The notes below the pieces were generated by a model, which made no database searches, was not told the origin of the DNA, and saw only the letters and a list, made by a program, of their open reading frames with translations. From positions 1,612,001 to 1,676,000 of the forward strand of contig OZ287080.1 in assembly GCA_965645245.1 (NCBI GenBank): a stretch of DNA of 64,000 nucleotides, read 5' to 3'. Below, one piece after another: positions 48,464 to 60,391 of the stretch (the stretch's first letter is position 1; each line of letters opens with the position of its first letter). The position numbers were made by a program, and so were the translations under genes. This DNA comes from Massalongia carnosa (Eukaryota).

Positions 48464-49486
48464 CTACACTTCTTCGCCCTTGATAATCTTGGCAACGGCT
48501 ACATCCAGCGGCTCGGCCTTGGGCAATCCCAACTTTTCATTCGCCAACTCCTTATGCGCGGAATAATCTGCCTCTGGATCCCCGCTATACACCATGGCGA
48601 TGATGAGAAGCACGATTCCGCTGTAGTCGCCCTTGCTGAGTTTGTCGAAGCCTTCTTTGCGCGTCTCGTCGGTGCTCTTATGCGTGACTGTCCACTTCTT
48701 GCCTCCCGTGGCTTTCTCGAGCGCGGCGAGTATGTCCAGTTGCGTGTTATTGTAGTCGCTGATGTAGATATGTTTGTTACGGGTTGTGGAAGGGTGTTTT
48801 AGGATGGAAGCCACGGCGGCGCCGATGGTAGAAAGTTTAGTAAGGTTGGCAACATGTTTCCCATCGTCGTATATCGTTGCTGTGTGCGTTTTAAGGTCGA
48901 AGCCGAAAAAGCCAGCTTTTAGGCCCCTGATGTGAGAAATCATTAGTCTAATGCAGCTGCATCCAAAGGCTCGAGCGACCTACCAATCGAAAAAGCCCCC
49001 GTTGATAACGCCCGTCCACGTCAAGCCCGTGCTTTCCTTGCTCTCTAGATACTGGTTGACCTCCTGCTTCCCCTGGAAGACGGGCACTTGATCGATGATT
49101 TTCTGATTGGCGATGCTGCTGCCAAACTCGCTTGGTATAATCCTTTTGACTCCCGCTTTGATGGCGACATCAATGATAGTTTTCTGTGTCTGTGCCTCGC
49201 TGGGGGGGAGTAGGAGTATAATTGCATCTTGGTTGTGGAAGGCGTGGAGGAGTTGGTCCTCGGGGTAGGTGTCATCAATCTGATGAACTTTGATATGGGG
49301 GGGGAATTTGGAGGAGGAGCTTTTGCGGGAGAGAACGGAGACGGTGAAATGCGAATCCTTCTCTAGGGCTTGAAGAATGGAAGGGCCGAGATTGCCTCCA
49401 GCCTAGAGGATGTTAATGAGACGTGCACGAGGCTTTGATAAGACACTCACGCCAATGATGATGACATTCTTGATTTCGTCCGACAT
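48464..49486 (-). CDS. NmrA-like / isoflavone reductase-family oxidoreductase, 3 exons
   Basis: MSDEIKNVIIIG/AGGNLGPSIL...AGVKRIIPSEFG...LTWTGVITGGFFDW/GLKAGFFGFDL. Confidence 0.9.
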
Positions 49487-51335
49487 GATGAACAACAAAT
49501 AGCGCGAGTGATTGCTAATGTCGGTGGGGGAATTAGAGCTTCAAGTAGAGGCGATCAGGAACTGCTGGTCGAGAGAGTTGAACTGGAACAAAGATTCTAG
49601 AGATCGCAAGGTCTAAAAGCCGCTTTCAGTGCCTGTTGGAGTATTGTGAAGGGAAGACTTGAGGGACCTTTTATAGAATGAATGAGGGGTAGAGAGTTTC
49701 CGCCAGAAGACTGCCCCGCTTTGAGAAGAACGGATGCGATTTCATAGTCCGATCTCCGTTAAGCTGCTGCGATATTGGACTAGTCGAGCAAGCATGCAAG
49801 TCAGCCAAAAGTGTATGTCCACGCCATCTGCAAGGTGGATACGCCATCGCAACGTAACGGGTGTGCGACGAGGGTAGATGAAGCGCCTTCCTGGAGACAG
49901 GAGGGAGAAATGTGAATGTTTGATAATCGATCGGTTAAATCCGACGCCGACGTCAATGGCGAGGATGCCGATATTACCAAGCATTCCTGCGTGGCATAGC
50001 CCTGAAGCCTGAAGCGGATTAGTGGGCGATGTTAGTTCCTAAACTCGGCATGATCGTGCTAAACCACTTTCGGAGTGGAATGGCATCCTTTACTTCCATT
50101 TCCACGTGATTTGGTTCAGTTAAGCACGATTAGTTGAAGCTCGTTACAAAGCATCGGTGACCAACTCATTCGTATGGTGCAACCAAAGGCTGATGATCAG
50201 GCAACCCCATCTTGTGCCCTGAATTAGATTTTCTTGCATCCCTTGCCTTTGTCCGATGGATACCTGCTTCTCAACTCTGCATGGCTTTCTATGCAAAAGG
50301 AGCGGAGGTGTGAGAATAGGTCATTCTCCACCAAAGCGCCTTTGAAGCTCGTCATCGACGCTAACCATTGTGCCGCTGCTGAAGCCTTAGAAATCAATGC
50401 TACATGGATATCGCCATGCCGAGTTCTCCAAGTATTGTAGGCCATATCATGGCTTGGGGTTTCATTTTCAAACCTAGGCATCGTTTTCTTTTCCACAGCT
50501 ACAATGATATGCACTATCATGAGTTTAGTAACCAGGTTCTTGGCTTACAATTTCGTCCATAAAACCTTGTTTGGTTCTTTCAACCTGTTCTACAATTTGT
50601 TTCTTCGGATGCTATGATTCATATATCAGTTCATATATCATATTATTAATTCTTAAGATGCGAACGTCTGCATCGTAAATCTAGAGGACGACGTCGGCGA
50701 ACTATCCATCAGCGTGATCATCTCTCCTGCCTTCCCATGATGGACACGGGCCAACACGCTTTTCCTGTCTGTCATTCTCTGTTCGATAATCGTCATTGAT
50801 GTGCTACACGAAAACAGAAAACTGTTATACATAGACTAGTTATCTTTGTACTTGTAGGGTTTATCTCAGCACGCCGATAAAGATTTGAAAACCACAACCA
50901 TCTCGTTAATTCTCCAGAAGATGTTTTATGTTTTCAGATCTGTGTGTTTCTTCTGACTGCTAAGAGCTTAGCAAGAGACCCACCGTTCCAATCCTTGCCA
51001 CGTTTTCATTCTTTTGGTAATTCAGATCTCACAGGATGTTGGATGGAAGCCGAGTTAGGGTTCCAGGTCGCTTAACGGTCAAGGATTTCAATTCAAGTAC
51101 GGAGTATGACATCTTCCGTTACTCTATATTCACGACACACACACAATCCCAAACATGACGTACATTTCCTTTCCCTCTGACAATGCTTTTTGATTCCCCA
51201 AAAGCTTTCATCATTAGTTCGAAAAGTGAAGATCTATCACTTTCAAGCCATTCGAGCTAGAAGGAAAAGGGGCCCTTCGTTCTTTACCCTCAATCCACCT
51301 CCCCTCACAGCTCAAAAATCAAAAATATAAGAACT

Positions 51336-51672
51336 ATGGCTGCCCATAACCCTGAATCCATCACCCCCGCCTAGGGCGAGTTTCACCCTCGATGCTACCG
51401 CCGAAGACGACCCTACCACCAGCACCTCCGCATCCGACACCCTCACCGGCGCCACCTACAGCGACATGTACCAGGGCCTGGGAAACCCCCATCAGGACCA
51501 AACGAGCACCGAGATCCGCCACGATGGCCAACACACGCGCAAGAACCCCGGCCATGGACTTGTGGACACCAGCGCCAACGGGTCACCCCAGCTAGGCCAA
51601 GGGCGCGGACGAGCGGGTGCAGGAGCATCAGCGGGAGCCGAGGACTTGCCCAACGAGCGGCTGGGAGTGTGA
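51336..51672 (+). pseudogene. Probable pseudogene of a small hydrophilic fungal protein
   Basis: ATG at 51336 reads MAAHNPESITPA*GEFHPR with an in-frame TAG at 51372. A frame change follows into TSASDTLTGATYSDMYQGLGNPHQDQTSTEIRHDGQHTRK. Confidence 0.6.
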
Positions 51673-52555
51673 TGAGGCGTGGTGGTGGCGGTGGTGGCGC
51701 TGTGTGTGTTGTGAGTCGGTGGCTTCGTCGCTAGGGATTGTAGGAGATGGAGTAAGGACTCAGCCCTTGAGCACTTGAATTTCGGCGGGTCGAGATACTT
51801 CCCCCATCCACCTCTATTATGGATCAAGGATCTATCCACCTACCCACCTACCAGTCTTGCGCGAAAGCGCATTTCCCTACCAAGAGCAATCCTACCCTGA
51901 TTATTTAAAGCTAAGCCTGCTATCCCAGCCGTCCCTACAGCCTCCCTCGAATCCATTGTTCTTTTTCTTCTTCTAGTATCACCCTCTCCATTGTCCCTTC
52001 TGGTTCCTCACCCTTTCCGCCAGCGGATTTCTACAAAGCACAGTGTAGCACAGCACAGCATGGCACAAAACCAAACCAAATCACTTTTACTCCCCCTTAA
52101 ATTTCCTCTTGCGAGGTTTTGGGGAGGGGGGATAGATGAAGGAAATTCGGGGAAATAGAGGTAAGGTAAAGGGGGCCGATGGGGGAGGGGGGATTGTTAG
52201 TTAGAGGGGCAAAGGAACATAGGATCGGTGGGACTTAGCTCTTCATCGTTATCATTATCGTTGAATAAAAATAAGATTGACCCCCCTTATGTATATTTTA
52301 CGAAACAGAAACCAGAAAGGAACACATCACTAAATGGGCTGGTTTCGGTTGATTTGGTAGGTTAGTAGGTTGGTGGTAATGGTGGAGAATGAGAGGATAT
52401 GACACGATGCGATTCGTTGCGTTACATTCCGCACCGCATACAAAAAGGCCATTTGCCCGATTTCGTTGGATGGAATGAAACCTAATCCGTCCACCTTTCA
52501 CCATGTATCGACGCGCCACTCCATTTCATTCCAATCCCCGCAGAGAAATCCCCCT

Positions 52556-54381
52556 CTACTCCTCGCCGGTGCTGAAGCCGTCCCATTCGGACTCGAAAGA
52601 CGGGGCGTCCGGAAGAAGCATCGAGGCAGCAGCCCCATTTCCTTCGACATCTTCTTCTCTCCCGCCGCCGTCAATCTCCTGATCACTCTCTTGCACGAAC
52701 CCTGCCACGAAAAACCCCTGCGTCCCTTCCTCCGTGCCCTTCTCGCACCTCAAACACGCCTTCGCCACCTCCTCCACCCTTCCCGGCTCCTCGCCACCCT
52801 CTCCTCCCACAAATTCCCGACAAGCTCCCTCATCGCCGCGAATCTCCCACGCTCGCGCGCCGATAACTTGCTCCTCCCGGCGCAAAACGCGCCAGCCGCG
52901 TTGTACGGCGACTTCAGACCCGAGGGCGCGTAGAACGACTTGCTCGTTTTCTTGCGGGTACAGGGAGCACGTCGAGTAGATGATTTTTCGCGCGGCGGGG
53001 AAACGGAAGGCATGCAGGAGCAATTTGAGCTGGAAGGCTGAGAGGGCGGCGAGGCGGGTGGGGAGATCTTCATCGGGGGTGGCAATGGTTGGAGGATGGT
53101 GCTCTAATTCTTGGTCTTGCAGAGGAGAGGGTGTTTGTGTGGGTTTGGAAAGGCGTTTTCGTTTCTTCTTCTGTAGGGATGAGCCCTTTGTTGCAAGCCG
53201 CGGCTGTTCCGATGGGAGCACAACGCGCAAGTCTTCGTTGCGACCAATGATCCCGCTTCCGGAACAACTGGGATCCAGGAGCAGAGAAGTAATGCGGTTC
53301 CAAGGGGACGCGAGGGGATCGAGCGTGAGAAAGTCCTGCTTGGCTTTCACAGAAACGGTGTTCCCCGCACCGGCCTTGCTAATCATGGCTTGCAATGTTA
53401 CCGAGCGGGCCTTGTCGCGCTCGCATGCCCAGATCTTTGGAAAGTGCGTGGTTGGAGCAGGGTCATGCAGCAGGGCGGCCAGATGAGTGGTTTTATTGCC
53501 GGGGGCCGCGCATGCGTCGAGGATATCTCCTTCTTCGGGCTTTGGGTTGAGGAGGTAGGATGGAAAGCAAGAGGCTTTATCCTGTAGGATAATCAACCCA
53601 TGTTGATAAGCGGCGGCTTTAGATAGATTGCACGTGGTCGGGACGGCCAAGAGGTTGGGGATATGTTTGTCAATGTAAAGGACCTTCTCTGCTACAGAAT
53701 TGAAGTGTTTTTGGAGCAGTTGGCTCACTGAATCCATTTGTTTGAAACCGGCGAAGGTGGTTTGAAGCTGCTCCTCTAAACTCGTCCGTAGCGTGTTGAT
53801 GCGTACCCATCGTGGATGAGGCCATTCCCTAGTCTGGGCTTCATTTCCAACCTGAACAACTCCACCCTGTGCCTCAACATCAAGACCGCCAGTGCGGTCT
53901 ACATGGACTCGAAAATCCATTAACGAAGCAAAACCCCGCCTGATCCTGATCTTCGTAAGCTCTGCTTGAAGCCTCGCCCGGTGCCTTGTCACCGCAACTC
54001 TTAGCGCATGAGATTCCGGTGCTGCGACGCCCCCCCTGGCAAGGAGAAGATCATGTACAAGCAACAGTGCAACACCAGGAGTCAACTAATTATTATTGCA
54101 AAAAGAACCTTTCCAATATCAGTCAATTTATCTTTACCGCTCCGGGAAAGCGTGGGGGATCTAGAGAAAGGGGAGGGAGACAAGGACGTTACTTTTCTTC
54201 GTTCGTGGGTCAGGAGCTGCGCATTTTCGATTACCTCTTTGAGGATGGGGCTCCATTTAGAGGCTTCGCTTACGAGCGCAAATATTTGTTTGGGGGTGGA
54301 TTTTAGGGATTTGCAGCCGAAGACTTGGGATCTAAGGTTTTTCTCGTGAAGGTATGGCGCAGCTTCGTAGTACAGGGACAT
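52556..54381 (-). CDS. RCM1: 25S rRNA (cytosine-C5)-methyltransferase (NSUN5), 2 exons
   Basis: MSLYYEAA, PRWVRINTL, IILQDKASCFP, DACAAPGNKTTHLA, LLDPSCSGSG, YSTCS...ENEQVV, GFFVA. Intron 54192-54086. Confidence 0.93.
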
Positions 54382-55670
54382 ACTCCTATTGCAAGAGCTG
54401 TTGATTGCAGCTTACAATCAGTATTTTGGGGGTCAACGATGAATTCTTGACTCCATCATAGGTTGATGAAACTGGAAGTAATCTGATAGTCAAGATGGTA
54501 CGCGAAACTTACAATACCTAAATACTGGACCGTTATCTTAGCGTATGAAGTGAAGCTAGCAAAAGATTACATTCGAATTATATACAATCTCCATTATCTA
54601 CCCTAATTAAGGAGGTTTACTCTACATTTTAAGGATTAAAGCAGCCTTAAAGTATACCCTAATATTAGAGAAATGCAGCAAGGCCCAATTTTTTTCAATG
54701 CAATCTATAACCATGGAATGGCAAATGAAAATGATTTCTTCTTTGGAACAAGCCCCCGGTCCTGATGCACCTCCACTTATGCATTTACGACCCTTTATCT
54801 CATAAAAAAGGCATTCAAACTAGAGGAAAGAATGACAAGAAAGCAAAAGACAGTCACATCACGTCAGCTAGGTGAACGACAACAGCATCAACTATATGAC
54901 TGACTAGCTGACCGACTGATTAACTAAAAACGAAGGACTCTGCTGATGGAAAGAATGAAGGATGAACGATAGGTCGGCTACAAATGAAGTTGTCGACAGG
55001 TGAGCGACCGAGACTATAAGCTTCAGTGCTCAGGAGTGTCACATGACTCTGAGGTGCTCGGCCCGCGCAGAAGGCACTAGAAATAGCCCTTTGACCATAT
55101 GAAGTCTTCATCCAGCAGCCTATGAGAGAGGATACTGTCAAGTACTGCGCTCAAGATATCATTCATCTCACTCCCTTTGGGTGACCTACAATAGTCAGCT
55201 CACAACTCCATGGCGAGCGAGACTGGAAGAGGCGACCGCTGAGCACATTTAATACTTGCAAATCGCTTCCTACAAGGGGCATAGAAGTCATCAAGTTCTG
55301 GGTTCTGGGCGAGTACTCTGTATGTGGGAAGGGAAAGCAAGCTGGAAGCGGAAAGAAGGAGTGAGTTGGGAAGGAATGGGGTCTGCTTTCGACGAAAGCG
55401 TTCGTTCAATAGCACCCTCCACGTAGGAGTTTTGGTAGAATTTGGGATGATTGACTGGTTATTAGTACTAAAATAACTGCGCTTAAAGGGTTCGTAACTA
55501 ATGACTTCCCCCTTTCGCGATATTTTTGAGCTTTAAATTAAAAGATGGATAAGTAATTCAAAGTGTGACGAGGTTTGGGAACCAGGCTTTGATGTTTTTC
55601 ACTTGCATTTTCATCACATGAATTAAGGATGTTGTGGAATGACTCTAGATGAAATTGACAACACGAGTAG

Positions 55671-55752
55671 CAGCATCAAAATAACGTGTGGCAATCTAGC
55701 TAAACTCTTTACAGCATCAAAATAACGTGTGCCAATCTAGCTAAACTCTTTA
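55671..55752. repeat. Two-copy 41-bp tandem duplication
   Basis: CAGCATCAAAATAACGTGTG(G/C)CAATCTAGCTAAACTCTTTA at 55671 and 55712. Confidence 0.9.
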
Positions 55753-56384
55753 CTAGACCCGTTTGTTTGAACTTTTGGAAATGCGGGCGCAAATTGGGTG
55801 ATCAGTACTCCTTATTTACCTCTTATGTACGGAGGGAAACATCGATAGTCTTGATTGACGCTAATGTAATGTATTTTCATACGAGTACTACATTCTAGTG
55901 TATTAACTGCTCAGGGCATAGCATTTAGGTGAAATGCTTCCTATTCTACAGGCTTCATTTAGGTGCACCGAACCTGCAATAGTCTGAACAGAATTAACAC
56001 ATTGTACTACCTGTATGGTATGCAGCTGCGTATCATTAGCGCAAATCAAGACTTTCGGTGTTCACCTCCATACTTCCTATGTACCTCCTTTCGCAACTCA
56101 TTTTCAACTCCTATCATGATAATAATCAATCACATCAGACAAAAAGTATTTTATTCAACTTACCACGTTGTGAGTCGATCAAATTAAACATGTTTAGCAA
56201 TATTGATGTGATGCAAAGAAATCGTGATAGGCGTTGGAAAGGAGTTGCGAAAGAAGGTACATAGGAGGTAAATAGGAGTGCTAGTCCAATGTTCGGCACA
56301 CTATTTTGTAGTTATAGACGGTATAGACGCGTTAGCCGCGTTAGGTCATAACCCTTTGGTTGTGCTTTCATCTTTGTCTTAAAG

Positions 56385-58835
56385 ATGAAAATGGCCAACC
56401 CTTTCTACGCTCGCTATATACCAGCATCTACATCTTTGTCTAAAACAGCTCCTCTTCCGACTGTTGAGGAGTCTCACCCAAGTAAGCGGCGAAAGACAAA
56501 ATCGGGTTTTAATTTTATCACAACACCTATTAGTGAAAAACCTAGAGTTCAAGATGGACTTCGTGGGCATGTAGCGGATCTTGATCAAAATCTAGAAAGC
56601 ATTGCCAAAGCGAAACCAAAGAAGAAGAAAAAGCATGCGAAATTCAGCGGTACTCTATGCTCTCCAGCTGGGCTTGAAATCCCCCTGGATGGGCACGATG
56701 CGCCCTCAAACACCATACTAGGAGATAGAAATGTAGAATCCGCTGGCAAGAATCACAGCGAGAGCCAGAAAGATGGGAAAACCAAGACAAACTCCAAAAA
56801 ATCGAAGTCTCTTCCTGCTTCAGAGAAGGCTGTCCAGGACAATGACTCACCAGTACTACATGACTCTACTCACGCCGAGAAAGTGAAGCACAAGTCGATT
56901 ATAGCAAAATTTGAGAAATCTACACGAGTTTCTGCGGAAACTACTGAAAAGGTTCTTTCTTCTATGAATCACGAGTTGGGCCCAGGAGAACCAGGACCTG
57001 CATCTTCACCCGAGACCCATGGCTTGGTTCCTCTTCCACAGCCGCCTCAGCTGGAAGAGACAGACACTAGACCTGCCATTTCGGCTTTGCCAGGTTGGCT
57101 TGCGCACCCCACAACTGTTTCTTCCTCGGGCACCATTCCCCTAGACAGCCTTGGTGTGAATTCTATAACGTTAGCTTCCTTAAAACAGAAAGGTTACCAA
57201 GATGCTTTCGCTATTCAGGCAACTATTCTTCATTTGCTCCTCCCCGGAGTACAACAGTACGATGGTGATATCTGTATATCAGCTGTAACGGGCTCCGGAA
57301 AGACTTTAGCTTACGCTCTGCCTTTGGTTGAAAATCTCCGCGATAGGCCAGCAGTAAGGTTGAGGGGGCTGATTGTAGTCCCAACAAGGGAACTTGTAGC
57401 GCAAGTGCGAGAATGCCTCGAGTTATGCTGTACTGGGAGTGGCTTGAAGATTGGCACCGCTATTGGTAGTAAATCCCTCAAAGAAGAGCAAGAGCTACTC
57501 GTTGAAAAGGGCTGGCGATACGATCCAGATGCTTACCGAGCGGAGAACGACAAGACGCGTGACGAAGAGGAAGAGCTGATGGATTGGGATTTCGAAAAAT
57601 TTGTCGTCAATGAAAGTAAACTTGAAGGTTTGACGAACTATGTTGTAGATTACACATCGAAGGTAGACATACTTATCTGCACCCCCGGGCGCCTCGTCGA
57701 TCATATTAACTCCACTAAAGGTTTTACATTGAGTCATGTTCAATGGCTGGTCATTGATGAAGCTGACCGGCTGCTTGATGGAAATTTCCAGCATTGGGTT
57801 GAAATTGTTATGCCTGCGCTTGAATACCAGGTGCCGTTGAGTCCGATAGATGAGCAGCTGTTTAAGACATTTCATTTGTTGCGCCAAAGAAAGGTTCGCA
57901 AGGTCATACTCAGCGCTACGATGACGAGGGATATCAGTCAACTTATGGCTCTAAGGCTTAGAAGACCAAAGATGGTTGTACTTAAAACCACCGAAACGAA
58001 AGATGACGATTCTCTTCGAACCACGCCGAAGGAGGCGCTGTCAGACTCTCAAACCATCATCGAACTCCCTCCCACTCTCCAGGAGATTGCAATTCCTATC
58101 AGCAACGCCGAAGAAAAGCCATTGCATCTAATAGCGCTTCTCGAACAAGAGAACATAATGCCGGCATTCCTCAGACAGCTTACTACCAAATCGCATGAAC
58201 TGGAACAAGAATCCTCTACCGATAGCGATGAAACTTCCGACTCCTCCACCTCTCCACCCTCATCATCCTCTGCTCCTTCTAAACCCACGACTTCCAAACC
58301 CGAAGCCCATCCCCCAACTCACGGAATCCTAATTTTCACCAGTAACAACGAAAACGCCCTCCGCCTCGCCCGCCTGCTCGGCCTCCTCCGCCCCCCCTGG
58401 TGCTCCCACATTAGCACCCTCACCAACTCCACTTCCAGCGCCCGCGCCCGCAAAACCCTCGCCGCCTTCCGCTCCCACAAGCTCGCCGTCCTGGTCGCAT
58501 CCGACCGCGCCGCGCGCGGGCTCGACATCCCTGCCCTGGCGCACGTGATCAACTACGACGTCCCCGGCAGCGTGAGAGCGTACGTGCACCGTGTCGGGCG
58601 CACGGCGAGGGCGGGGTGCGAGGGCCGAGCGACGACGTTGGTAGCGCATCGGGAGGCGAGATGGTTCTGGAACGAGATCGCGAGGGGGAAGGGGGTACGC
58701 AGGGGAGGAGAGAGGAAAGTGGTGAGAGAGGAGTCCCAGCTGGAAATTGTGGGAGAGGAGGAGAGGAAGGAGTATAAGGATGCGCTAAGGAGGCTGGGGG
58801 AAGAGGCAAGGGGGAAAGCAGATTGGGGGCATTAG
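56385..58835 (+). CDS. DBP6: DEAD-box RNA helicase Dbp6 (DDX51), single exon
   Basis: PFYARYIP, HGLVPLPQP, FAIQA, DICISAVTGSGKTLAY, VPTREL, TPGRLVDH, DEADRLL, SAT, ASDRAARGLD, YVHRVGRTARAG. Confidence 0.93.
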   Translation: MKMANPFYARYIPASTSLSKTAPLPTVEESHPSKRRKTKSGFNFITTPISEKPRVQDGLRGHVADLDQNLESIAKAKPKKKKKHAKFSGTLCSPAGLEIPLDGHDAPSNTILGDRNVESAGKNHSESQKDGKTKTNSKKSKSLPASEKAVQDNDSPVLHDSTHAEKVKHKSIIAKFEKSTRVSAETTEKVLSSMNHELGPGEPGPASSPETHGLVPLPQPPQLEETDTRPAISALPGWLAHPTTVSSSGTIPLDSLGVNSITLASLKQKGYQDAFAIQATILHLLLPGVQQYDGDICISAVTGSGKTLAYALPLVENLRDRPAVRLRGLIVVPTRELVAQVRECLELCCTGSGLKIGTAIGSKSLKEEQELLVEKGWRYDPDAYRAENDKTRDEEEELMDWDFEKFVVNESKLEGLTNYVVDYTSKVDILICTPGRLVDHINSTKGFTLSHVQWLVIDEADRLLDGNFQHWVEIVMPALEYQVPLSPIDEQLFKTFHLLRQRKVRKVILSATMTRDISQLMALRLRRPKMVVLKTTETKDDDSLRTTPKEALSDSQTIIELPPTLQEIAIPISNAEEKPLHLIALLEQENIMPAFLRQLTTKSHELEQESSTDSDETSDSSTSPPSSSSAPSKPTTSKPEAHPPTHGILIFTSNNENALRLARLLGLLRPPWCSHISTLTNSTSSARARKTLAAFRSHKLAVLVASDRAARGLDIPALAHVINYDVPGSVRAYVHRVGRTARAGCEGRATTLVAHREARWFWNEIARGKGVRRGGERKVVREESQLEIVGEEERKEYKDALRRLGEEARGKADWGH

Positions 58836-59091
58836 AAGGCGGGGGGCGGAAACGATGTAGGTGGGTTAATTAGAGAAGTAAACTTTAAAGTACATATGCA
58901 AGATTCCACCGGAACAAATCGGGCGGCGATTGATCCCTCCCATGGATATGTACGGTCCAGTTGAGTTTCTTCCTCCCAGGACTCCCCTTCTTCTTCAGCT
59001 TTTACCTTTTAGCCTCTTATCAGATTGCGCAGATCACATCCTTCCCAACCTCTGAAAAAAATACCTGCGTTCCTACCTTCCAACCCCCCCC

Positions 59092-59892
59092 TTAACAAAC
59101 CTCCAGCCTCTTCCACATAGCCAAATGCTCCTCCCCTTCTTCCAACCACCGGTCCAAGCCCCCATCCGTCACAAATCCCAATCTCGCATAAAACCCCTCT
59201 GCCCCCACCTGCGCATGCACAAGCACCAAACCATCCCATCCGTTGTTCTCGTTCCCTTCTTCTTTTTCTTCTTTTTCTTCTTCTACTCCTCCTTTCCCTC
59301 CCCCTCCCTCCTCCGGCTCCTTTCGGCGCAGAACACTCGCGTTCGCCCCCGCCCACTGCAACGCGCTGTTCACGAGCTGCTTCCCGATCCCCAGCCCGCG
59401 GTGCGAAGACAGGGTGGCCAGTCGCCCGAGCGTCACGTACGGTTCCCGGCCATCCCATAACTCCGTCGGTCCCGGCCCCGGACCTTCTTGCACCTCCCCC
59501 TCACCATGCTCCGAAACCGGAATCAACCGTATCGTTCCCACTGGCTCCTCTGTCCCCTCCGCCACCTTTCCGTCAGCGCCGCGCGGCTCAGCCATGGCGA
59601 CCCAATGCCAGCTGCGGGCGTCGTTGGCGTCAACCTCGTTGGCGGCTGAGTAGTGTTGTTCTTCTATGAAGACGGCCCAGCGGATAGCGTGCGCGGCGCT
59701 GAAGAGGGGGATGGGAGGGTGGAGGGTGGGTAGGGAGGAAAGGGAGCAGCCGGCGAAGTTGAGGACGGGGGGACCGGGGGGCGGGAGGAGGAGGATCTTA
59801 GTAGGCATTCTGGGGGGAGGGAGGAAGAGCGTGGGATTTGGGGGGAGGGGATTCCTTGGGTGGCGGGGACCTTGCTCGAGGAGGGTTGTCAT
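59092..59892 (-). CDS. GNAT-family N-acetyltransferase (ElaA/Gna1-like)
   Basis: IRWAVFIEEQ...DARSWHWV...PVGTIRL...LGRLATLSSHRGLGIGKQLV...LVHAQ...FYARLGF...EEGEEHLAMWK. The start may be the ATG at 59808. Confidence 0.88.
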   Translation of the reverse strand: MTTLLEQGPRHPRNPLPPNPTLFLPPPRMPTKILLLPPPGPPVLNFAGCSLSSLPTLHPPIPLFSAAHAIRWAVFIEEQHYSAANEVDANDARSWHWVAMAEPRGADGKVAEGTEEPVGTIRLIPVSEHGEGEVQEGPGPGPTELWDGREPYVTLGRLATLSSHRGLGIGKQLVNSALQWAGANASVLRRKEPEEGGGGKGGVEEEKEEKEEGNENNGWDGLVLVHAQVGAEGFYARLGFVTDGGLDRWLEEGEEHLAMWKRLEVC

Positions 59893-60084
59893 AAATATGT
59901 TGATTCACGTGTAGGTATAATAGCATGATTGTCATTGAAGGTAATTATCTAACTATGTGGGTTATCTACCTGCTTATACGGTATAGCAGTCACATAGTAG
60001 GCGCACTTGGGAGCCTAAACAGTCATACTGTAGGTACCTCATAACTGCCTGTTAGGCGCCTGTGGAATTCACGATGGATGATAG

Positions 60085-60154
60085 TAATCGTGCCACACCA
60101 CTAGTAATCGTTTTCGCTTACTAGAAAACGATTACTGGTGGTGTGGCACGATTA
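60085..60154. repeat. 70-bp fold-back inverted repeat (31-bp arms), possible micro-MITE
   Basis: TAATCGTGCCACACCACTAGTAATCGTTTTC, an 8-nt spacer, then GAAAACGATTACTGGTGGTGTGGCACGATTA. Arms match at 30/31. Confidence 0.85.
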
Positions 60155-60391
60155 TGTAGGCGACTTGCTTCGCATAAGGCCGGAATGTCAATTTATTTAT
60201 TACATACGCTACTTAATGTTATAAACACCCAGCTTGAATTTCAAATACTATCATCAATACGGGTTGGTTTTTATGTCCTCGATGCCCGTAGAGCAAACAA
60301 GTGACAAGACTGGAGGACTTCGCAATGTGGCGGGATTTTCTGGATCACTCTAATCAAGGAAGCCGGAAGGCCACAGGTGTTCAACTTCACC

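Noticed and set aside
42600..49486. Secondary-metabolite or detoxification cluster (GST, NmrA-like reductase)
   Set aside because: There is no backbone enzyme, and the neighbours are housekeeping genes.
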